DNA of 64,000 nt, from assembly GCA_016710785.1 (NCBI GenBank), contig JADJUE010000013.1, positions 43,007-107,006 of the forward strand. Reading direction: 5' to 3'. Origin of the DNA: Candidatus Epilinea brevis (GTDB taxonomy: Bacteria > Chloroflexota > Anaerolineae > Epilineales > Epilineaceae). A program made the position numbers and the translations under genes. The first letter of the stretch is position 1, and every line of letters begins with the position of its first letter. Below, piece after piece: positions 1-7,270 of this stretch. The notes under the pieces were generated by a model. The model did no database searches, was not told where the DNA came from, and saw nothing but the letters and a program-made list of their open reading frames with translations.

Positions 1-147
1 AACTGGACGGCCCGCGCTGCGTTAGTATGATTGCGTCGCCTGCGACAACAGTCCCTGCCCCCCTTGCATCGCGTGGTGCCGCGTCAGGCGGCCACGCAAC
101 CATCCTTATCCGGGTATCCTGTTTCTCCAAGGAGGGGACACCACACC

Positions 148-1011
148 ATGAAGCACCGTCTTTTCGCCGCTACCTGTCTGAGCCTCGCCGCGTTCGGCCT
201 GGGCTTGGCCATGGGCCTGCCCATGACCCATGCCGAAGGCATCACCAAGGGCATCGCCCCGTCGGTTCCGGTCGAGGCCGGCACCTTTGACATGGTCGTC
301 GATCCGCAGGAGATGGCTGAGGTCGAGCAGATCAGCGCCCGCATCGACGAGCATCTGTCCCTCGATGGCCAGGGTCTGGTGCAGCTGAACGCCGACGTCA
401 CGGCCGAGCAGTTGGGCGTGTCGCCAGAGTTCCTGGACAACTACCGCAAGGCCCTCACCTTCTCCAACCAGCTCATCAGCTCGGGTCAGATCACGGTCGA
501 CGCCAACCTGAAGGTCACCGCCACGGGCAACTTCGTGGGCTCGGTGAACATGCCGGCTCCGGGCAACCCGGGCGGCAAGGGCAAGGCGTCTGAGCCCGGT
601 GAGGGTGCCGTCGCCGACAACGACGTGCCGGACTGGTGCTCCTGGCGCTACAACTCGGGCGCGATGTACTACAACTCGTACAACACCTGGAACACCTACG
701 GCCGCAGCGGTCAGTACTACGGGCTCTGCAACTCCATGGCCGCCTACATCGGCTACCCCTGGATGAGCAGCTCGCTCAACAACATGTACACCTACAACAG
801 CAATTACTTCAACAACTACTGCTACCCCAACCAGGGCTCGTACTACTTCCTGCCTTACAGCAGCTACAACAGCTGCGGGGGCTACAACCCCTGCTACAAC
901 CAGTGCTCGATGAAGCCGGCCTACTTCTGGACCCGCAACTACACGTACTCCTACAGCTGCCGCTGCTACCAGTACCAGTGGCAGTGGTCGGGCTCCTGGG
1001 CCCGCTACTAG
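148..1011 (+). CDS. Secreted protein with a Tyr/Asn/Ser/Cys-rich low-complexity C-terminal region
   Basis: GGAGG at 131-135 lies 12 nt upstream of ATG 148. The N-terminus MKHRLFAATCLSLAAFGLGLAMGLPMTHA looks like a signal peptide. The last ~120 aa are dominated by Y, N, S, C and W (YYNSYNTWNTYG...CYNQC...YSYSCRCYQYQWQW), unusual in a 70% GC genome. A terminator follows. Confidence 0.55.
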   Translation: MKHRLFAATCLSLAAFGLGLAMGLPMTHAEGITKGIAPSVPVEAGTFDMVVDPQEMAEVEQISARIDEHLSLDGQGLVQLNADVTAEQLGVSPEFLDNYRKALTFSNQLISSGQITVDANLKVTATGNFVGSVNMPAPGNPGGKGKASEPGEGAVADNDVPDWCSWRYNSGAMYYNSYNTWNTYGRSGQYYGLCNSMAAYIGYPWMSSSLNNMYTYNSNYFNNYCYPNQGSYYFLPYSSYNSCGGYNPCYNQCSMKPAYFWTRNYTYSYSCRCYQYQWQWSGSWARY

Positions 1012-1060
1012 GCCCTGCCCACCCGCGGTCCTGACGACCGCGACCGCCGCACGCGATCCA

Positions 1061-1092
1061 GGCCCCCGCCGGCAACGGCGGGGGCCTTTTGC
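1061..1092 (+). terminator. Rho-independent terminator after the 148-1011 gene
   Basis: Stem GGCCCCCGCCG, loop GCAA, stem CGGCGGGGGCC, followed by TTTTGC. Confidence 0.5.
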
Positions 1093-1104
1093 GATGGTCC
1101 CGTA

Positions 1105-1275
1105 GGGGCGGGTTTGCGGCACGATCGAGAACCCCACGGCCGCCCGGCTGGTAAACCCGCCCTGCCGGTTTGCGCGCAACGGTCGGGACGGTGGGGGTTT
1201 CCGGGCGGTGTACGACAGGGCGGGTTTGCCGGTCGGGACGGTGGGGGTTTCCGGTGGTGGTTCAAACCCGCCCCT
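1105..1275. repeat. Structured repeat region upstream of the exosortase gene
   Basis: There are two copies of GGGCGGGTTTGC (1106-1117, 1218-1229), each partnered by the inverted copy AAACCCGCCC (1153-1162, 1264-1273). A 25-nt direct repeat CGGTCGGGACGGTGGGGGTTTCCGG occurs at 1180-1204 and 1230-1254. Confidence 0.5.
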
Positions 1276-1293
1276 ACGGGCTATCATCCGCCG

Positions 1294-2838
1294 ATGGCAT
1301 TCCGTCTGTTTGTCGGCCGGCGACCAGGGCCGACCGCCGCCTTGGCCAACCTCGCCATCTGGGGCCTGTGGCTCTGGCTCTTCCGTTCCGTCCTCGCGCA
1401 TCTGGGCAAGATCTACGCGCGTCAGGACATGAGCGTCAGCTTGGTCGCCTTGATCGGGATCCTGGGGCTCCTGGCCTGGCGCGCCCGCGGTCGCCGGCCA
1501 TCGTTCGCCGACTGGGCTCGCGCCCCTCGGCCGCGGCCGGCGCCGGCGCTCTTGGCCCTGGGCGCGGCCCTAGCCTACCTGGGTGTGGCCCGCTTCCTGG
1601 ACATCCACATCCTGGAGGACGCCCTGTTCGCCTTGGGCAGCTATGGCCTGGCCGGCCTGTGGGTGGCTCCTTCCGCCTGGCGCCGAGGCTGGCCGGTGCT
1701 GCTGCTGCTGGTGGCCACCCTGCCTTTCGGCTACCACCTGGACACCTTCGTGGGCTATCCGCTGCGGCTGTGGACGGCGGGGGCCGCCGCGACGATCCTC
1801 GGCGGGCGGGTGCCGGCGGGCGGCGGTGCGGAGGCCATCCTGCTCTTGGAGAACCAGGTGGCCGCGGTGGACCTGGCCTGCAGCGGGGTCAAGGGCTTGT
1901 GGACGGGGTCCCTGTTGCTCCTGGCCGCCGCCTGGCTGAGCGGCGCCGGCCTCGGTTGGCGCCTGGTGCTGGCCGCTGCCGTGCAGAACCTGCTCCTGAT
2001 CCTGGCCAACCTGCTGCGGGTGACCGTGCTGGCCGAGGTGGGCCTGGGCCTGGGGCAGCCCGTCGTCGCCGGCTGGCTGCACCTGCCGCTGGGCGTCCTG
2101 GGCTTCGCCGCGGCGGCATTGGTGGGTCTGCGCTGCCTGCGCGGGCCGGGCACCGCGCGGGCGGTGGACGGCGACAGATGGAAGACTGGTCCGTCCGAGC
2201 CCTACGCCATGCCGGACCGCCTGTCGGTGACCGCCGCCATCCTGCTCGCCCTGCTGCTGCTGAACCTTGCCTACCGCCCGCGCCCTCCTATACTCGCTCG
2301 CGCCGCCGCGAGCGGTGGCGGGACGGCCTCGCCCTGGGTCTGGCCGGCAACGCTGGCGGTGAAGGCCCTGCCCCTCAAGCCGTCGGACGCGGCCTGGCTG
2401 GCCGCCGACGGCGCCGATGCCGTGGAGCGCGTGCGCTTCCGGCATGGGGAGCTGCGGGGATCGCTGATCCTGGTGCGCGCTGGCACCTGGCGGGCCCACC
2501 ACGCGCCCGAGCGCTGCTTCGAGGTCTACGGCCTGAAGCAGCTGGACAGCAGTCCGGTGGTCCTCGAGGGCGGCGGCGGCCTGCGCCAGGTCACCCTGGG
2601 CGGCGCCGACGGCCGACCCAGCCATGGCGCGCTCTATTGGTTCCAGAGCGCTAGCGGACGGATGACGGGCGACTACGCGGCGCGGATCTGGGCCGACCTG
2701 CCGCCGCATCGGGAACCTTGGGTGCTGGCCTCAGTTCTCTTTGACGGACCCGTCGATGCCGAGGGTCCGGCGACAACCGATCTGGTCAACGCATTGCGCC
2801 GCGCCATCGACGCGGGCTGGAAAGGATCGACCCCATGA
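1294..2838 (+). CDS. Exosortase family protein with a C-terminal EpsI-like domain (fusion)
   Basis: The N-terminal region is a polytopic membrane domain. It carries the exosortase signature segments VDLACSGVKGLW (active-site Cys in the CSG motif) and ANLLRVTVLAEV (Asn/Arg motif). The ~200-aa soluble C-terminal domain resembles EpsI. The stop overlaps the next start (ATGA at 2835-2838). The upstream M at 1114 lies in the repeat region, so ATG 1294 (MAFRLF) was chosen. Confidence 0.7.
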   Translation: MAFRLFVGRRPGPTAALANLAIWGLWLWLFRSVLAHLGKIYARQDMSVSLVALIGILGLLAWRARGRRPSFADWARAPRPRPAPALLALGAALAYLGVARFLDIHILEDALFALGSYGLAGLWVAPSAWRRGWPVLLLLVATLPFGYHLDTFVGYPLRLWTAGAAATILGGRVPAGGGAEAILLLENQVAAVDLACSGVKGLWTGSLLLLAAAWLSGAGLGWRLVLAAAVQNLLLILANLLRVTVLAEVGLGLGQPVVAGWLHLPLGVLGFAAAALVGLRCLRGPGTARAVDGDRWKTGPSEPYAMPDRLSVTAAILLALLLLNLAYRPRPPILARAAASGGGTASPWVWPATLAVKALPLKPSDAAWLAADGADAVERVRFRHGELRGSLILVRAGTWRAHHAPERCFEVYGLKQLDSSPVVLEGGGGLRQVTLGGADGRPSHGALYWFQSASGRMTGDYAARIWADLPPHREPWVLASVLFDGPVDAEGPATTDLVNALRRAIDAGWKGSTP

Positions 2839-5800
2839 TCAAGCGCAGACTTCCCGGCCGCTCGTGGATCGGCTGGGACCCCCTGGGTGCGGGCCTCTTC
2901 TGGACCTGGAACCTGATCTTCGTGGCCTTCATGCTGCTGGGCTTCGGCCCGGCCCTGCTGCCGGAACTGCTGCGCACGGCCGGCCAGGGTGACGTGCCCT
3001 GGACCTTCGTCGGCCTGATCGCGGTTCTGACGGCCGTCCCGCTGGTTGCCCTGCTCCTGGGCTACTGGCGGCTGCGCGGCGACGGGCGGGGGCTCTTCGC
3101 CCTGGGCTTTGCCGTGGAAGGTCCGCTCATGGGCCTTCTGGCCCTGCGCGTCTTCGGCTTTCGCGAGGCCAACCCGGCGATGGCCCTGCTGCTGGCCCTG
3201 ATGTTCCTCGGCCTATCTACCTACCTATGGCAGCTGCTTGACCCGGGCATCGCCGCGCGGGGACGGGAGGCGCAACTGGCCCGCTGGACGGGCCTTTGCC
3301 TGTTGGCTTTGGCCGGCGTCTACGCCGCGGTCTGGGCGGCCTTCTACCTGCCGCCCTTCGGGCTGAAGATGGTGGAGGTGGCGCGCGACACCCTGGCCCA
3401 TCCGCTGGAGGCATTGCGGAACTACTGGAACGACCTCTGGCACGAAGGCTGGTCGCAGGTGCTGTTCGGGCTGCTCCTGCCGCCGACCGCGATCTTGACC
3501 GCCGTCCTGGTGTTTGCCCTGCCGGTCCTGTCCGTCGGGCATTGGCTGGCCGCATGGCGGCGAGCGGGCCGGGACCTGGCGGCGCGCTTCGGGCGGCGGC
3601 AGACCGCGGCCTTGGGCCTGGGGACGGCGGTCGCCGCGGTGTTGGCGCTGGTGCTGGCGTCGCGGCAGCCGCAGGCCGGGGCCTTCGCCGCCTTGGAGCG
3701 GCCGCCGGCGGACACCGTGGAAACGCAGGCCCTGCTCGAGCGCTCGGGCGCCATTCGCGAGGGCTTGCTCAACGCCTACCTGGCGGGCCAACGCTATCGG
3801 AGCGCCCGGGGTGAGGTGGGCCATATCCATCATGTCTACTGGGCGATGTCCTTCGGCGGACGCAAGCTGATCAGCGACGAAGCGGCCAGGCAGGTGCAGG
3901 CCGCCTACGAGCTCGTGGCCGGCCCCATGTACTACCAGCCGGCGCAGGCTCCGGCAGCCTACGGAACCCCTGGCAAGGCGTCCCAAAAAATGGCGGTGCT
4001 GCAGTCAGACCCTCGCCGCGCCGCCGAACTCTACCAGGATTTCTTCGACGCCCCCATCGACCTGGCCGAGCGGGAGACCATCCTGCGCACGGTCTCGGCC
4101 AACTGGAACCTGCAGCAGGCGTCGCTGGACCGCCTGGCCATCGATGACCGCGAGGTGCTCGTCAGCCGGCGCGACCTGTCGATCCGCGCCGCGGCCGACG
4201 GCTGGGCCGAGCTGGAGCTGCACGAGGTCTACCAGAACCAGACCACGCAGCAGCAGGAGGTGGTCTATCACTTCAACCTGCCAGAGAGCGCGGCGGTCAG
4301 CGGCCTGTGGCTGGGCGAGACGGAGGACCGCGCGCAGGCGGCGGCCTTTCGCGTGGCCCCACGCGGCGCCGCGCAGCAAGTCTACAAGGAAGAACGGGCG
4401 CGTCGCGTCGACCCGGCGCTGCTGGAGCAGATAGGACCACGGCAGTACCGCCTGCGCGTCTTACCGGTGCCGGCCCGGACGTGGCGACGTGTCGAAGGAG
4501 AGCGGAACGAACCGATCGCCGGGCCACGTCTGCACCTGTGGATGACCTTCGTGGTGCCGGCGCGGCCTATCCAGGCGGTGGACGGGATCGACGGGGTTGA
4601 CGGGATCGCAGCGGCCGCCGCCGGCGACGCGAACAGTGAGCCGGACGGGCCGCGGGTCTGGCCCCTGCCGCGGCTGGCCGAGCGGCGCAACGCCTACTGG
4701 GACGGGAGCACCGCATGGACCTTGCCGGAGGGCGTCGCGGCGCCGAAAGGGGACGTCTGGCTGCCGGACAACCTGCCGGCCGAGCCCGCCGCCGCCGCCC
4801 GCTCGCCAGAGGGCGTCACCATGGGTTATGGCGCCTGGCGCGTGGAGGCGCGACCCGCCGCGTCAGCGGCCGCGGACGGTGACCTTCCGCGGCCGCGCCG
4901 GCTGGCGGTGCTCGTCGATCGCTCCCGCAGCATGGCGGGGCGGCGCGCCGAGCTGGACGCGGCGCTGGCCCAGCTGTCGGCCGCGGCGTCGCCGGGCTCC
5001 GTCGATGTCATCCTCAGCAGCGCCGCGCCGCGGGGCGAGCCGGCGTCGCGCGTCGCCCTGGCTGCGCTGCGCCCGGAGCAGCTCCTGGCCTTCGGCGGCC
5101 AGGATCCAGCGGAACTGCTGCGCCAGCTGCGTGACCTGGATCCCGACGGAGGCCATGACGCTGTCCTGGTGCTGACCGATGACAGCCCCTACCTGCTCGG
5201 CGCCGCGAACACCTCGACGACTGCCTCCTGGCGCGGCGGACCCCTGTGGCTGGTGCACCTGGGCGACCGCCTGCCTCAGGGTTACGACGATGGAACCCTG
5301 GACGCCGTCCTTGCCTCCGGCGGCGGGGTGGCCGGGTCGGTGGCCGAGGCCCTGCGGCGCTGGGGGCTGCGGCAGCGCGCGGACGCGGCGGGGGACCTGC
5401 TGGATCAGGTCGACGGCTGGACCTTCATGGTCGACCGGGCGGCCGGAGCGCCGGCGGATGCCGGGCCGAGCACGCCGCTCCGCAAGGCCGCCGCCCGCCA
5501 GCTGATCCTCGCCCAGATCCGCGCCGCCGGCAACGCCGAGGTCGACAACGCCGAACGCGACCGGCTGCAGGCCCTGGCCAAGGCCGAGGGCGTCGTCAGC
5601 CCCTTCTCCTCGATGATCGTCCTGATCGATGAACGGCAGCGGCAGCGCCTGGACGCGCTGGAAGCGGATCAGGACCGTTTCGAGCGCGAGAACGATGGGG
5701 CCGCGGACGAGCCGGCCCTGCTGGCGGTCACGGCCGTGCCGGAGCCGGAGACCTGGATGCTGCTGCTGCTGGCGGCGGGCTTGCTTTGGTGGCAGCGGCG

Positions 5801-5849
5801 GCTGGTGGTCGGGGGGCTGGAGACCGGTCGGCTGGGGCGGCGGGGATGA
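2835..5849 (+). CDS. PEP-CTERM sorting-signal protein with an N-terminal polytopic membrane region, a VIT-like domain and a vWA domain (probable exosortase cargo)
   Basis: The C-terminus VPEPETWMLLLLAAGLLWWQRRL has the PEP motif, a TM helix and an Arg cluster. The vWA MIDAS-like motif is LAVLVDRSRSMAG, followed by LVLTDD. A VIT-like segment lies upstream (FNLPESAAVSGLWLGETEDRAQAAAFRVAPRG...DPALLEQ...YRLRVLPVP). About 250 aa of hydrophobic helices sit at the N-terminus. The gene is translationally coupled to the exosortase. Confidence 0.7.
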   Translation: MIKRRLPGRSWIGWDPLGAGLFWTWNLIFVAFMLLGFGPALLPELLRTAGQGDVPWTFVGLIAVLTAVPLVALLLGYWRLRGDGRGLFALGFAVEGPLMGLLALRVFGFREANPAMALLLALMFLGLSTYLWQLLDPGIAARGREAQLARWTGLCLLALAGVYAAVWAAFYLPPFGLKMVEVARDTLAHPLEALRNYWNDLWHEGWSQVLFGLLLPPTAILTAVLVFALPVLSVGHWLAAWRRAGRDLAARFGRRQTAALGLGTAVAAVLALVLASRQPQAGAFAALERPPADTVETQALLERSGAIREGLLNAYLAGQRYRSARGEVGHIHHVYWAMSFGGRKLISDEAARQVQAAYELVAGPMYYQPAQAPAAYGTPGKASQKMAVLQSDPRRAAELYQDFFDAPIDLAERETILRTVSANWNLQQASLDRLAIDDREVLVSRRDLSIRAAADGWAELELHEVYQNQTTQQQEVVYHFNLPESAAVSGLWLGETEDRAQAAAFRVAPRGAAQQVYKEERARRVDPALLEQIGPRQYRLRVLPVPARTWRRVEGERNEPIAGPRLHLWMTFVVPARPIQAVDGIDGVDGIAAAAAGDANSEPDGPRVWPLPRLAERRNAYWDGSTAWTLPEGVAAPKGDVWLPDNLPAEPAAAARSPEGVTMGYGAWRVEARPAASAAADGDLPRPRRLAVLVDRSRSMAGRRAELDAALAQLSAAASPGSVDVILSSAAPRGEPASRVALAALRPEQLLAFGGQDPAELLRQLRDLDPDGGHDAVLVLTDDSPYLLGAANTSTTASWRGGPLWLVHLGDRLPQGYDDGTLDAVLASGGGVAGSVAEALRRWGLRQRADAAGDLLDQVDGWTFMVDRAAGAPADAGPSTPLRKAAARQLILAQIRAAGNAEVDNAERDRLQALAKAEGVVSPFSSMIVLIDERQRQRLDALEADQDRFERENDGAADEPALLAVTAVPEPETWMLLLLAAGLLWWQRRLVVGGLETGRLGRRG

Positions 5850-5888
5850 TGGCGGGGGAATGGGGGGAACGGGGGTGGTCGCGCTGCC

Positions 5889-5951
5889 GGGCGAAGCATC
5901 CGCGCTGAGACAAACAGGTCATCGGGTCTGGATGCGGCGGATGCTTCGCCC
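5889..5951. repeat. Perfect 15-bp inverted repeat (long hairpin) downstream of the PEP-CTERM gene
   Basis: GGGCGAAGCATCCGC at 5889-5903 pairs with GCGGATGCTTCGCCC at 5937-5951 across a 33-nt loop. No U-tract follows, so this is not a canonical intrinsic terminator. Confidence 0.4.
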
Positions 5952-6016
5952 CTACCGGGATCCGGGATGATCACGTGGAGATCTTCTGACGTGGGACCAG
6001 GGCGCGTGAGGCAAGG

Positions 6017-7210
6017 TCACCACCCGCCCATCAGCGCCAGGCCCGCCCTTTCCAGTCGCCGCCAGGCCGACTGCGCCAGCAGGCCGCCCGCCGTGCGGAA
6101 GGACCAGCTGTGGGTGGTGCCGCCCTCGACGATCGTCACCCGGTACTGCAGGCCGGCCTTCAGCGGTGCGCGCGGCAGGAGGACGATGGCGTCGCGGCTG
6201 TCCAGCACCACCCGTCCCGTGCTCTGCGTGCCGCTGTTGGGGTTGACGTAACGCGTCTCGTCCAACAGGCAGTGGGGGTACTGGCTGCCCTCGCCATCGA
6301 CGAGCGCGGAGAAGCTGACGGCGGGCTTGCGGTCGCCGGCGCCGATCATCAGGACGATGGGCGCGCCGGTGGGCGCCTTATAGCCCGGGCAGCTCGTCAG
6401 CGGATCGGGGAACTCGTTGCCGCCGAAGCTCAGGTTGGGTAGGGTCTCGCCCTCTTCGGGGTAGCGGACCGGGAAGCGGAAGCCATCCGGCAGCTTCTTC
6501 CGGCCCCGGCCCACCTCCAGCGTCGCCCCGTAGGCCCAGCCGCTGCCCGCCTCGCGGTACTCGCCGAAGCCGCTGACCGTCAGCTCCGGGTCGAGCACCG
6601 CCACCATGTGGAAGGTGCCGGTCATCCAGAAGTTCACCGGTACCCGGCTGTCGGTGCTGGCCATCGAGGACACGAAGACGTTGCCGTTCTTGGCCGCGTC
6701 GAGGCCCTCGGCGCTGTAGAAGGGCTTGGTCGGGTCCTCGGAATGGCCCACCTCGTCGTTCTTCACCATGTAGCGGGCATGCAGTTCGCCCCCGCGGCTC
6801 CAGACCTCGTTCTCCGTGACCGGGCCCAAGCCGGCCAGAGCCCGGTGGCGGTTGGCCTCGACCAGGGCGGCGGGCAGGGGCTTGAGCGGCGTGGCGCTGG
6901 GCGGGGCTGTCGCGGTGGCCGTTGGCGTCGCCGTGGGCGGCGGGGGCGTCGGGGTTTCCGTGGGCGGCAAGGGCGTGGCGGTTGCCGTCGGCGGAACCGG
7001 GGTGGGCATGCCGGGCAGGTCCGCCATCCTGATCCCGCGCAGGGCCAGGGGCAGGTAGATGCGGGCGACCGGCTCGTCGGCGGCGGCCGGGCCGACCAGC
7101 GCGCCGAGCAGCGCCGAGGACAGGGCCAGCGCCGCCGTCAGGCGCCTGAGGCCGGATTGTCGTCGCGACGGATGCGCCGGCGAGCGGCGGTCATGGGGGA
7201 TCGGCAGCAT
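6017..7210 (-). CDS. Secreted protein with a Pro/Thr-rich linker and a possible CAP/SCP-like domain
   Basis: AAGGAAGGAG lies immediately upstream of ATG 7210. The N-terminus MLPIPHDRR...LTAALALSSALLGALVGPAAA is a signal peptide, followed by the linker PTPVPPTATATPLPPTETPTPPPP. The segment EANRHRALAGLGPV...GELHARYMV..DEVGHSE is reminiscent of CAP-superfamily proteins; this assignment is weak. Confidence 0.45.
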   Translation of the reverse strand: MLPIPHDRRSPAHPSRRQSGLRRLTAALALSSALLGALVGPAAADEPVARIYLPLALRGIRMADLPGMPTPVPPTATATPLPPTETPTPPPPTATPTATATAPPSATPLKPLPAALVEANRHRALAGLGPVTENEVWSRGGELHARYMVKNDEVGHSEDPTKPFYSAEGLDAAKNGNVFVSSMASTDSRVPVNFWMTGTFHMVAVLDPELTVSGFGEYREAGSGWAYGATLEVGRGRKKLPDGFRFPVRYPEEGETLPNLSFGGNEFPDPLTSCPGYKAPTGAPIVLMIGAGDRKPAVSFSALVDGEGSQYPHCLLDETRYVNPNSGTQSTGRVVLDSRDAIVLLPRAPLKAGLQYRVTIVEGGTTHSWSFRTAGGLLAQSAWRRLERAGLALMGGW

Positions 7211-7270
7211 GCGGGCTCCTTCCTTGGCGGTCATCGGACGCTGTCGCCCCCTCTTCTGGGGGAGGGGGCG

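Noticed and set aside
1114-1293. Upstream extension of the exosortase ORF to the first in-frame M at 1114.
   Set aside because: The extension is encoded entirely by the palindromic and direct-repeat region and gives an Arg/Gly/Pro-rich non-membrane sequence. ATG 1294 begins the hydrophobic exosortase core.
106-1401. 431-aa minus-strand ORF antisense to the first secreted-protein gene and the repeat region.
   Set aside because: It is Arg/Ala/Gly/Pro-rich, typical of antisense frames in high-GC DNA. It overlaps a better-supported gene with an RBS, a signal peptide and a terminator.
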